DNA of 64,000 nucleotides, from positions 13,754,642 through 13,818,641 of the forward strand of contig OZ037770.1 in NCBI GenBank assembly GCA_964035545.1, given 5' to 3'. Position 1 is the stretch's first letter. Each line of letters starts with the position of its first letter. The position numbers and the translations under genes were made by a program. The DNA comes from Bugula neritina (lineage: Eukaryota > Animalia > Bryozoa). This document shows, piece after piece, positions 53,179 to 64,000 of the stretch. The notes below the pieces were generated by a model, which did no database searches, had not been told where the DNA came from, and saw only the letters and a program-made list of their open reading frames with translations.

Positions 53179-56100
53179 ATAGTACTAGTAGCAGTAGTAG
53201 TAAATGTACCTTTTATTACACTGAGCACATCTCTTGTACTTATCACACTGCTCATGAACCAACGCCCCGGGAGTCATACACCTCAGATGCTCTTCTATCT
53301 CCCGTCCTTTCTTCTGCTCCGCCGCTTTCACCCAATCAGATTCAAGGTGGCGCCGATTCTTAACTATGCGTTCATAACGCTTAGACCTGTCTTCCAGCAA
53401 CCTGAAAAGTACAGTACAACATAAGTAACCCAAATAAATAAATAGGGTTTCCCTTATCGATGTGTATAGTGTGAGTACTAGGCGGTATAACACATATATT
53501 TAAAGCTAGCAACACATTAAAACCATTATGAATAGACAACTTCATTAGTGGGTGCTCTGTTATTTCTACCAAGTACTTCTAAAAGCTATGACGTGCATTT
53601 ACGAAGCTCAATCACACTCAACACACATCAAAAATTGCATCTACAATACAGGCTACAGAAAACATCTACAATACAGACTACAGAATACATCTACAATACA
53701 GGCTACAGAATACATCTACAATACAGGCTACAGAATACATCTACAATACAGGCTACAGATTACATTCATAATACAGTTTGCAGATTGAATCCACAGTCAC
53801 CACACGCTACAGATAACACCCAATACTTTCTCTAGATTTCACCCACAGTTAATACTATGCTGCAGATTACATCAACTGAATACTAACTCCTCCTTATTCC
53901 GTCTGAGTCTCTCTTCTTCCAGCTCTTGTTCTTGCAGACGTCTCAGAATCTCCGCCCTCTTTCTATCAGCCACATTGTTGAGCTGCTCCGCAGCTATTTT
54001 TCTGGCGTGTTCTTTCCGGGCGACTAAATCCGCTTCGGTGGTGTCGTGTTTTCCGAAGACTTCAGTGTCCGGAAGTCTTTCCGGCACTTGCATGGGTTTG
54101 TACTTCAACTAAACACATTTTAGCAAACAGTTTGACAAAAGTGAAGGTGATACTTATGCTGACATCAACCAAAATTCTAGCAGGTCGCATGTGAATGAGA
54201 GAGAGAAATGAGATGGTAAGAGTTTGAAGAAAAAACTAGATTGAGTTTAGTTTAGTATAAGATGTATGACTCATAAGATATAGCCTATAATTCCAAGAGA
54301 ATTGATATCTATTGAAACCGACTATAGATTTTAGCAAAAATCAGGTAAAAACATTACCTCAGCTCATTTGAATAGATTTATACCAGATTAGGAGATTGAA
54401 CAGCTGTGTTACACTTACACGTATGTTATACTATATAAATAAAGGAATATAAAAGAAAACTGAGTTACCAGAAAATTAAAAGATGGGCAACTTCCCATAC
54501 AATTTTTTCCAATTCCTTTCGATAAAATATATGATGTTTGTTTGTATTTTTCCCACCAATTGTTAGTAGACCTGATATTCCACGTGTCTAGCATCTACAG
54601 GGTGAAGGAATGAGAGAAGATGACAGAAGGAGAACTGATACTGAATGGATGGTAACAGAATAATATACCAGAGTGTGATTATCATGCTATTAGCTGAGAG
54701 GAGAAAACTCCTACAGTGTGTTGTACAGAGTTTATTAGTGCATGCTGATTAGATATAGAGGTGGAAAACAAAACAAACATAAAACTTGTAAGAATAGTCT
54801 AAAAGTATGTCTAATTGTGTGGCGAAAAATGTTTATATTACAAAAGATAGCAATATATGACTAGTATATAACATAAGTATCTAGCCAATGTCTTCTTATA
54901 TTATAGAGCATGGTACTATATTACTACTATATTATTACTATATAACAATACATATTCTGCTAATGTCTTCTTATATTACATGGTACTATATTACTACTAT
55001 ATTACTACTATATTACTACTATATAACAATACATACTCTGCTAATGTCTTCTTATATTACAAGATATGGTACTATATTACTACTATATAACATTACGTAT
55101 CTAGCTAATGTCTTCTTATATTACATGGTACTATATTACTACTATATAACAATACATATTCTGCTAATGTCTTCTTATATTACATGGTACTATATTACTA
55201 GTATATAACATTACCTGTGTAGCTAAGGCCTCCTTATACTTCTCCCTCTCGCCATATCTCTCCTTCATATACTGCTCTCTTTGAGCCGCCAAGTCCTCGG
55301 CCAGCTGAACTTGCTCCAGTCTTTCCAAGAACTCTCTATCAGCTCGATCTTTCCTACTCAGCCCATCTTTGTGCTCAATCTGAAAAGCATATGTAACACA
55401 TGGGAGAGGATAATACACTTTTACAAGCCCTTTCAGCATTCTTCTACTTACACCATATATTTTTATTCACAGAATTTATGAGAAACTGCCAAGTGTTATT
55501 CAAGAAGTTCTGAGAAGCTTGCTGGAACATTCCAGAACCCAAGTGATACTCGGTGATAAAATGCAGCCGGCATATATGGCAATTTCCAAGATTTTAACAG
55601 ACTCAAATTTAGCACAATCAGCCTTTTTTTAAACATATGATGTCATATGCCAATTAAAATGCGAGGGGCAGAAAAGAGCTACTAGAATGCAAAGAAATGT
55701 CGCTGTTTGCATGTACCTGTAAATTGAGTTCTGAGTTTTCAGGTAAATTGGCAGTCACTTACCTGTTTATTCAAGTATCCCTGTAACTGCTGCTGTTTAA
55801 TATATCTAGGAGGGGTCAGAGGTCGTCTCTGAAATATGTAAGCTTTCGCAGCCTCTTTCTCAGATCTTGCGTGTTTCTTCTCGTTGACAGCCTCAGCGAC
55901 TCCCAAATTGAAAGCTGCCTGCTTTTGTAGGGCGTGTCGCCGGGCCATGTGTTTTTCCTGCGCAGACAAAATAAAAATTTGCTCTTTTATTTGAATTTTT
56001 CCTTTATTCTACAGAATTGCTAATTTATAATTGAGTACATGTACATTTACACCAAGTGTCCTCTCAAGCATCTGTAGTAAAATTACAAAGGATATTATGG

Positions 56101-59100
56101 AAGGATAAAATAAACTCGAAAGCTTAAAACCAGTCACCTGTTCTTTTAGAATAAACTCGTTGTTTTTCATTATCTGATAATCGTGTATAACTTTATCTTC
56201 TTCTGCTTCGCGTCGCTTTCGCTCTTCATCGAATGACACAGGAATATTTCTAGCAGCTCTTTGATGGCAAAGGTAGCATAACTCCTGACCAGCATTGTTA
56301 TGCCCACATTCGCTACTCGCTCCAGGAGTTGCGATCCTTGGCTAAATAAATGTGATGGTGAATTAGCTTAGAGAAACCCCAAACACACACTCTCTGCAGT
56401 ATGTTACGGTCATAAATGTGAAAACAGTTTCAGTGATTTTGACGCAAAACTACTTTTGAAGTAGTAACAAGTAAATACATGCTACAGTTTTAGAAAGATG
56501 GTGGAGAGACAGTTAAACATTTTAGTGATATAATACCACACTAGTCACTTAAAATATCTCAAAGCATGGAGACTTTAGAAGTATGTCATATATAGATAGT
56601 TACACAATCAGTAAGAACAATATTACTAAACACTCTGTACTACAACAACAGGAGCCTCAGTTGTGCCTTCAGCCATGTGCCTCAAAACCTCAGTAAAATA
56701 AATTTAATAACAGACAAGAAATAATTTTAAAATTTGAAAGCTCGAAACATTCAAAACGAAAACTGATTATACTAAAAGCTTGATCGCTTCAAGTCAAATA
56801 TTATTACGGAAGTTGACAATGTCTGGAGCTATAAAACACGAGTTTGTAATTTGTTACTTTTATTTGTAAGATTTCTAATGTAAAGGAAATGAAAACAGCA
56901 TAAGAGATGCCAACATTCTAAATAGTATCAATGACTGCTTGCATTAGTCTGAGAGATAATCAAGTTACCTGTGCGGGCCATGCCATGCCCGCCCCGCCCT
57001 CCTCTGCATAAGCTTCAACATGTTGAGGCGGAGCAATGGGGGAGAGTTGAAGGCGGGGAGAACTGTCTACTGGTAGAGTGGCACTTCGTCGTAGAACTGG
57101 TGGCGGGGCACTACCGCCTGCGGACCTCCGGGTAATGTCCCCACTTCCTCCAACTATGCTTGAGGATCTAAGGCCAAACAATTATCAAATCAGGGCATGA
57201 GCTATGCACAGAAGAAAACTTCAAAGCCAAAAAATGTTTGGATATGTTCATGAAAAATAGCAAAAATAATGTAGAAAATGTGTTTTAAATCAAACTATTG
57301 TAGAAAACTTGAAATTCATAAATGTAGATTTGAATATTTTCAAAGTATAGCAAACATAATGTAGAAAATACTTTTTAAACCCTATTACCATGTAGGCTGA
57401 ATTCCATGCTATGGTACAGAAAGTTTTACCACCACATGCTGAACATAATTTTTTCCAACTAATAACTATTGTTAGTAACTAACTCATGTAAGTAGTGAAT
57501 CTAAACACAGCTCAGGTATCGTAAAAAAATAAGAGGAAATATTTAGCCATAGAACCCACCTTTGTGTTTTAAGGCCACTTCGGGGCGTGAAATCATCAAA
57601 ACTGACTGCTCCGGCTTGAGCTATTGGGGCTAAAGTGCGAGATCCACTTCGAATCAAATCCTTGGCTATAAATAATCGAAGTATGTAACAGAAGCAAATT
57701 TAGCTCATGCTGTAACAGAATAACACAAGTCCACAAATACATTTTGAGTTTGAGCGTCTCCAGGGATTCATTAATATAGATAACATTTGCTGGCATTGTC
57801 AATGTATGAATAGGAGGTTACGATGTGTTGGGGATACGTCATGTGTTGCTCTTTAACTTAACAAGGTCGTTAAGTGCTACATTCAAACCGGTTCATAATG
57901 GAGAGAATTATTATTCTGTATAAAATTGCAACATAAAAACATGGTTTATATACTGCTGCCAGTTTTTATAATTATTTACAGAAACAAAAAATAAAACAAT
58001 TGGGCATAAAATTTGTGATTTTGTTCAGAAAGTTAGTTGCATGAGAAAATATAAATTCTTGTTTGAACCACAAAGGCCTGAATAAACATCAGTATTGTTC
58101 TTGGATAAAATAATTTCTTTTGAAACTTTATAAAACTTTGCATGTTTTTATTGAGCACATATGACTAGTGTATTTAAAACATAAAATAATAACATGCAAC
58201 TAGAATCTTTTTAACCATTAATAAATATAATCATTAGAGATCAATTCTAAGTATACAATAAAATATTATACAGACAGAAGTTTCTACTCTCTAACTTTGG
58301 TAACGAAAAAATTTGTCATCTTTATTAACCATAACAGTGAGTCTTCTGATTACTGACCCCTATTGACCTTTAACTGACGCTACAGTGGACACCTTTGCTA
58401 CTTGTGATTTCAATTTTCGCATGCGAAAATACGCACCGTGTGGCCCTAGGCTAACTTGACATATAAATTAAAACAGAATATTCTATATATTTATATACAC
58501 ATGAAATATCTATATTATAGAAAAAGAAACATATTTTTGAATGTTTCAACCGATATATTTGAAGATATCTCTTCGGAAACAATGGAGAGCCACAAACCTT
58601 CATCAAATGTGATTTCCTTAGAGGTCATATAAAGCAAAGGTCGGCCCGCCCCATCTGTAACCCGACGAGCATAATTCAAAGAGTTGTTTGGCATTGTTAA
58701 AAGTCTAAGTAAATCCTAGGAGATGAAGTTGCGTAGAGAATACCAATGATTTTAATTATCGCTGACTTAAAACTGCCAACTGCCCTGGTTGTTGCTAACA
58801 CAGTTTCTGTCAGCCAATAGGAGTTCATCTAGACACTTCTAGTTAAAAGAGCTCAGTCTATTATACTGTATCAATTCCAATAAAGCAGTAGCTAACCACT
58901 CAATCATTTACTCCCTATTTGTTAGGTTAGATTGTCATGTTAAACCTGCATGATTTTTAATTTGATTCAATTTAATACTCTAAAAGCTGTAATTAGAAAT
59001 ATTGACTGAAACAAAGAGATCTAACGAAGATTTAGTGTGCTTGACATTGGAAATTGTAGAGATGATACGGTAATCAACACAATGGGAGAGAGTTTGGTCT

Positions 59101-62100
59101 AATTCAGTAATATTGGATAACATACAATCAGTGAGTGTAGCTGAGTTCCATAGCAGCTTTGAAGAAGGGTAATTTAATCAATACAATGTGAATTTGATCA
59201 TTGATAATTCATAATTATAGGAATTCGACAAGGCATGCATGAAGGGTTGACTAGGCCATTGTATGTCTGATATTGTGTATACACAGTCGTCTGCAATCTG
59301 CTGTCACCATAGCAACCAACACACACATTCACCTCAATATATAACAAAAACATGAGAAAATAATAAATTATGTTGCAAAAAAGTTCAATCAATTTTTTTG
59401 TATTTATGGGATGATTAGGCCTATCCAGTATCACAAATATTTTAATATTTGCACAAAAAATATGGAAACTTTGATAATATATTGGACATATTCTTCAAAA
59501 TAACTTGTTTTGTAAAACCAGTCCATATCTAAGCCCTTGAAGCTTATTATATTTGTAAAATATGTGAGTTTGTTGTCCGAGACTTTTTATCCAGACTTAT
59601 AATCCTCACAGAGCTGATTGGACGATAAATCTTTAAACTTGTACTGATAACTGGGTCCGTTAACCCATAACTAATGCCTAATCAATAAAACTCCCAAAAT
59701 CTAATGTTTCAACAAACTAGAGAGAATCAAAACTATTGAGAGAAGCTAATTTCCCAGATGAAGAAGTTGCGGAACAAATGTCCCGCATTGTCAGTCGAAC
59801 AAATTTACCAGCTGAAACATTTGAGCAAAGACAATAGACTGAGTCACTGTTAATAGCTTGTCACATAATTGGTGTTTTGATAGTTGTAACCGCGCACACT
59901 TTTTTATATTTCACTTCAATTTTTTACAGAGTTTCATTAAAAAAATTTTCATCAAATAATTCTGGAGAAAACAAGTTAGAAACTACAACGCAAAACTTTT
60001 TCGCTATGTCTTAAAATTAAAATTAAGTTCGAACTTTTTTTTATATAAAACACTTTTAAATTATTTATCTTCAACTAAATTTTTGACAAAGTAGAGTATA
60101 AGTATTCCTTATAGTAGATGTGATGTACTCTAGGGAGATTGCATTTTAATCTTCCAAGAGGAGACAACCACAAATATTTTATGCAATACACAATACATTT
60201 AGCCCGTGATCTGCTATGATAAACTCACCGGAAAGGAGGGCAGGATTAGGAGCTTCCTCAAGCAACATGGCTGGTAGACCCATAGAGTCTAGCTCTTGAG
60301 CTCCATAACTGTTGTAGCCTCCATTTGAAAACTGCTGACAGTTTCCTTCTGCTAATGCAGCGCCCACATCGGCTCCATCACCTATGAGAGTACAGTCTAC
60401 ATTACTATGTTGGAACACAGTATACATTACTATATTGGAGCACATTTTATATTAATATATTGGAACGTAATCTACATAGCTGTAAAAACTCACCGAATAT
60501 ATTTTCACCACTTTTCTCTACGTAGTCGATGGCATTTTTCATCTCCGGATTACTTATGTTGCCGACATCGTCCAATGAAACTTCAGTATTTTCATCAATA
60601 GCACACATGGCCGGGGCCCGAGAGGCTTTCGTCTCTCCGATACTAAAAAGTAATCTTTGTATCATAAGATAAGAAAATCAAATGCGCTCGTCTGAGCTTT
60701 ACATTCCATGCAGGAATATTTGTAATAATTCGTTGGTTTACATGAGCTGTGTCAGGTTAGTGAACAGAGAAGAGCAATCTAGAACATTCCGTGGTATTGA
60801 GATGGGAAGGGAATATTTCTATGTGAGCTATTAATATTATATGATGTGAAGAAATGTTGCAAAAAGTCAATAAAGGGTTGTTAGTAAGGAATATTATAGT
60901 CGAGTTGAAGTGAAAAGACAATTCCCATAAACCATAAAACGACTTTTGCACACCTGTACAGAGTGTATTATAGGGTTGAATCACAATATAGCAGTGACTT
61001 TGAAAATGGTAATACTAGTCAACTATGAGTAGTTCCATTGATTCATACAGTCAAATGACTTGATATTTTCTGAATTTATTAGCTGAGCAGGTGATGATCT
61101 AAGTTCAGAATGGCTGTTACATAACATTTTAGAAGATGCGTTACACATATAGCAAGATTAGACAACTTCAGTTTCAATATAAGAAGTAAGTTGCATAAAA
61201 TTTTAGCAGACAAGAGCCACTGTAGCAGAACATAAAGAAATGCATTTTCTACATTTCCCCTCAACATAATTTTATAAAACAATTCACATCACACTTGGAC
61301 ATGTGTTTCAAAACGCTTGCAATATTAGGTGATGTTCTGCAATGATTTTAGAGAGCTCGACAATGATATCTACATGACTTACTTTGGTAAGACCATTGTG
61401 TTTACACTGTGAGCTCTTGAAGAAGCTCTAGACATCACGGAGTCTGCCGTATCAGGTCTCTACAAACACATTATATTTTCCTACTAGAAGACAGAATGAA
61501 TAGCACTTTAATAAATTCATCTACAAACAACTTAAATACTTTGGCAAGAAGACAGCATTGTGAAAAGATAGCATTTTAATAATTTTAGAAAACTATTATT
61601 TAGTTCACCTTTACACATCATGGCTCATTCCTAAACAAAATAAAACTATTACACATGAAATATCAAATTTGGGGAGGACAACTCCAACCTTTATTGCTCA
61701 TAAATTATCAAATTGAAAAAGTATGAAATGCAATATCACACCATACAGGTTAATTCTCAGAAACATTAAAGTTTTACAAAGTTAAAGCTGAACACATTTG
61801 AACATAACAAATATATTTGCTTGCAATATTTCAATTCCAGATAAAAATGAATTGAGGCCAAATATACAGGAAATAGCACTTAGATGAAGTCGTGAAAACA
61901 GAAAGTATCGAAATATATATTCAACGAACAATATCACGTGCAAAAGTAGAATACACAGGGCAGGAATGTAACTGTCTACATTTTAGCTGCACACAGAGTA
62001 TAGTATTGCCAGGTAACAGTAAGTTTAAGTGTTGCTAAGTAACAACACACTGTATCAAACAAGTGAAGTACATTGTTGACTTAAACTGTGTGCAGAGTAA

Positions 62101-63613
62101 ATCTAACAAACCTCGAGCTGACTACAGCGGTGGGAGAGAGGTAATAGCACAACGTTCTAGAGGTGACACAATAAAGGGCAAACAAAGTAACTAATACACA
62201 TTTATACAAGCAAGTAATTCAACCACTACTTGATTACTAGAATCGTGACAGCTCTATAGTCAAGTAGCAGTGTTTACTGCGACACTTACGCTCAATATAG
62301 ACTAGACGCAAAAATAGAATGAATTGTGTTAATAACTTCTAGAAAATGTGACTGAGAAAAGCTTATGACATGCTTATTGCTTTCTACACTTTATCAATGG
62401 TGTGAATAAATCTCATTAATAAAAACAATAGCAACAAGAATTAAATAACAAGTAATTAGTACGAAATTTTAAATTCTTACATTAGCATTACAAAGGAAGA
62501 TAACTCTTGTTTATAGCTACAAATTAGTTTATTTTAATAATTAAAGTTCAAACTTACTGCCAACTTCTTTATTATTTATCAGAAATATTTATAACACAGA
62601 AACTAAACTGTTTTGAAGATATACTTTGTAAGGTGAAAGAAGCTAAAATTATAAGCTATATAATACTATACTATACATGTGTAAACTTCATGGATAAGCT
62701 ATATAGCTTGTAGTTTAACCAGTGTTTATATGAGTAGAGTGAACATAATAAAGCCGGGCAAACCCATCTTTAGCTTGGAAAATAGCCTGTGCTCATACAC
62801 AACAAATTAGCCTGTGTTCTAGAGAACTACTCACGTCTCTCATAGCATTCAGTATATCATCTGAGCCTTCTAAGCTGTTTATAAACTCTTTGAAGAATCT
62901 CATTTTGACTTTTTTGTTTCTGATGGAGAGTCTGCCAACCGTGGCAAATGCAAACTCAATGTTCCTTCCAGCTACAAGCAGAAGATGTTCTAAAAGTTAT
63001 CTCAGTAACAGGAAACACTAGAATGTGCTGGAATATGCCACAGTATACTGAAACATACTGGAATGTACTGGAATATGCTAGAATATACTAGAAAATACTG
63101 AAATATACTAAAAAATACTGAAATATACTGGAAAATACTGGAAAATACTGAAATATACTAGAATATACTAACAAATACTGAAATATACTGGAATATACTG
63201 ACAGTTTATCAGGGGATGGAAAGTGTGTAGAGATTAACTAACAAAAATGATGTCTAAATACAAATTAAGGCAAAGGCAAAGATAGATGTTAAGAGCTGTA
63301 AGGTTCTAGTAGCATGTATTGTAGTATTGAATTGTATATGTATTGCAGTTTAGTAGCATATATTGCAAACTGATTCACCCCATATCATGTAACAAATTAC
63401 TTTGTATTCATAGTTACAATATAATATTACAGAATCTAATACAGCATTTTATTAAGGTAATACAAGAGATCAATGCATATTAATATAACTGACCACTAAG
63501 TGCTCTAGAGAACTCATTGATGACATCTCTCACACATTCCTCCACTAGGTCTCTGGTAAAAGGAGTGTCAAACGCTACTGCAGTGAAGTTCAGATCAGCT
63601 ACCGGTATTTTAC
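50612..63613 (-). CDS. CCDC81: Coiled-coil domain-containing protein 81 (5' exons beyond right edge)
   Basis: Exons 63613-63494, 62971-62835, 61459-61383, 60642-60494, 60381-60229, 57665-57560, 57167-56969, 56341-56138, 55957-55763, 55379-55215, 54108-53888, 53401-53210, 50684-50612 are phase-consistent. KIPVADLNF..PFTRDLVEECVRD..IEFAFATVGRLSIRNKKVKMRFFKEF (HU-like domain), ELCYLCHQRAARN and EQCDKYKRCAQC..GETNLW..IPGARIMV* match recalled CCDC81. Confidence 0.92.
52965..53201. repeat. Compound (TAG/CAG)n trinucleotide repeat abutting a CCDC81 donor
   Basis: About 79 triplets; ends ~7 bp from the donor at 53209. Confidence 0.95.
53638..53776. repeat. 25-bp minisatellite, ~5.5 copies, CCDC81 intron
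   Basis: Unit catctacaatacaggctacagaata. Confidence 0.93.
54860..55240. repeat. Degenerate ~60-80-bp tandem repeat derived from a CCDC81 exon/donor junction
   Basis: Repeated gctaatgtcttcttatattacatggtactatattact..; 55090 acattacgtatctagctaatgtcttcttatatt resembles the junction at 55209, cattac|ctgtgtagctaaggcctccttatact. Confidence 0.85.
58598..58694 (-). CDS. Candidate alternative first coding exon of CCDC81
   Basis: ATG-MPNNSLNYARRVTDGAGRPLLYMTSKEITFDE-G|GTTTGT; phase 1 matches the acceptor at 57665. Confidence 0.55.
59303..59316. promoter_or_regulatory. RFX X-box inside a CCDC81 intron
   Basis: GTCACCATAGCAAC is a full match to the GTHNYY-AT-RRNAAC consensus, within a centrosomal/ciliary gene. 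Confidence 0.65.
63030..63200. repeat. 10-bp degenerate tandem repeat (aatatactg[ga]) about 60 bp from a CCDC81 acceptor
   Basis: Seen directly. Confidence 0.9.
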
Positions 63614-64000
63614 CTGCAACACCACAATATGATAAGTATTTTACCTGCAATATGCATAATATTGCAAGTTAAAATATATTCAAGTGCCTTATTGTATGTA
63701 AAACTGTGAAGAAATAAGACAGAATAGTTTAAAATCTGTTTCCAGCTAAATTAGAGAAGGTTTACACTAAGACATCTTATTAAACAAAATAACAATTACT
63801 GAGTAATTCAAATTATGTATGCTTCTGAAATCCCAATCAAGTTCACTAAAAGCTGACTAAGCAAAACCTATGCAATTAATTGATTTACTTTGCATCTAGT
63901 CTGTTTAATGACATCTAAACAGGAACTTGCTCTCTGTCTCAAGAGACCTCTAATTTTTTCCTTTTTTGTTTCGGATAGCAAGTCTGCTGATTGTGGCAAA

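Noticed and set aside
52953-53255. Mucin-like poly-Thr/Ala ORF
   Set aside because: Intronic trinucleotide repeat read out of frame with the CCDC81 exon.

Overview
AT-rich, intron-containing animal (invertebrate bilaterian-like) genomic DNA; the species cannot be determined from the sequence. By manual splicing (GT-AG sites, phase-checked) and recalled similarity to known proteins (no database search was run), the gene order is: 3' end of MED14 (+), an RDH11-14-type SDR (-), BORCS5 (+), a small secreted amidated-neuropeptide precursor (+; VPFPSRVSYGW-GKR, AKH/GnRH-like layout), SUPT3H (-; first exon not located), a Runx gene (+; Runt domain, VWRPY end, two candidate first-exon sets) and most of CCDC81 (-; runs off the right edge). 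There are also two tRNA-derived SINE copies, three MITE copies and about a dozen tandem repeats. The most notable signals are: (1) tandem repeats sit almost exclusively at exon-intron borders, and several duplicate the splice site itself, including 9 in-frame copies of the BORCS5 last-exon acceptor; (2) an unclassified neuropeptide precursor; (3) the ancient Supt3h-Runx linkage with a dual-promoter Runx carrying an MHITE mini-exon; (4) a candidate RFX-driven internal promoter and alternative terminal exon that could split CCDC81 in two. Most ORFs in the supplied track are exon fragments or repeat artefacts.
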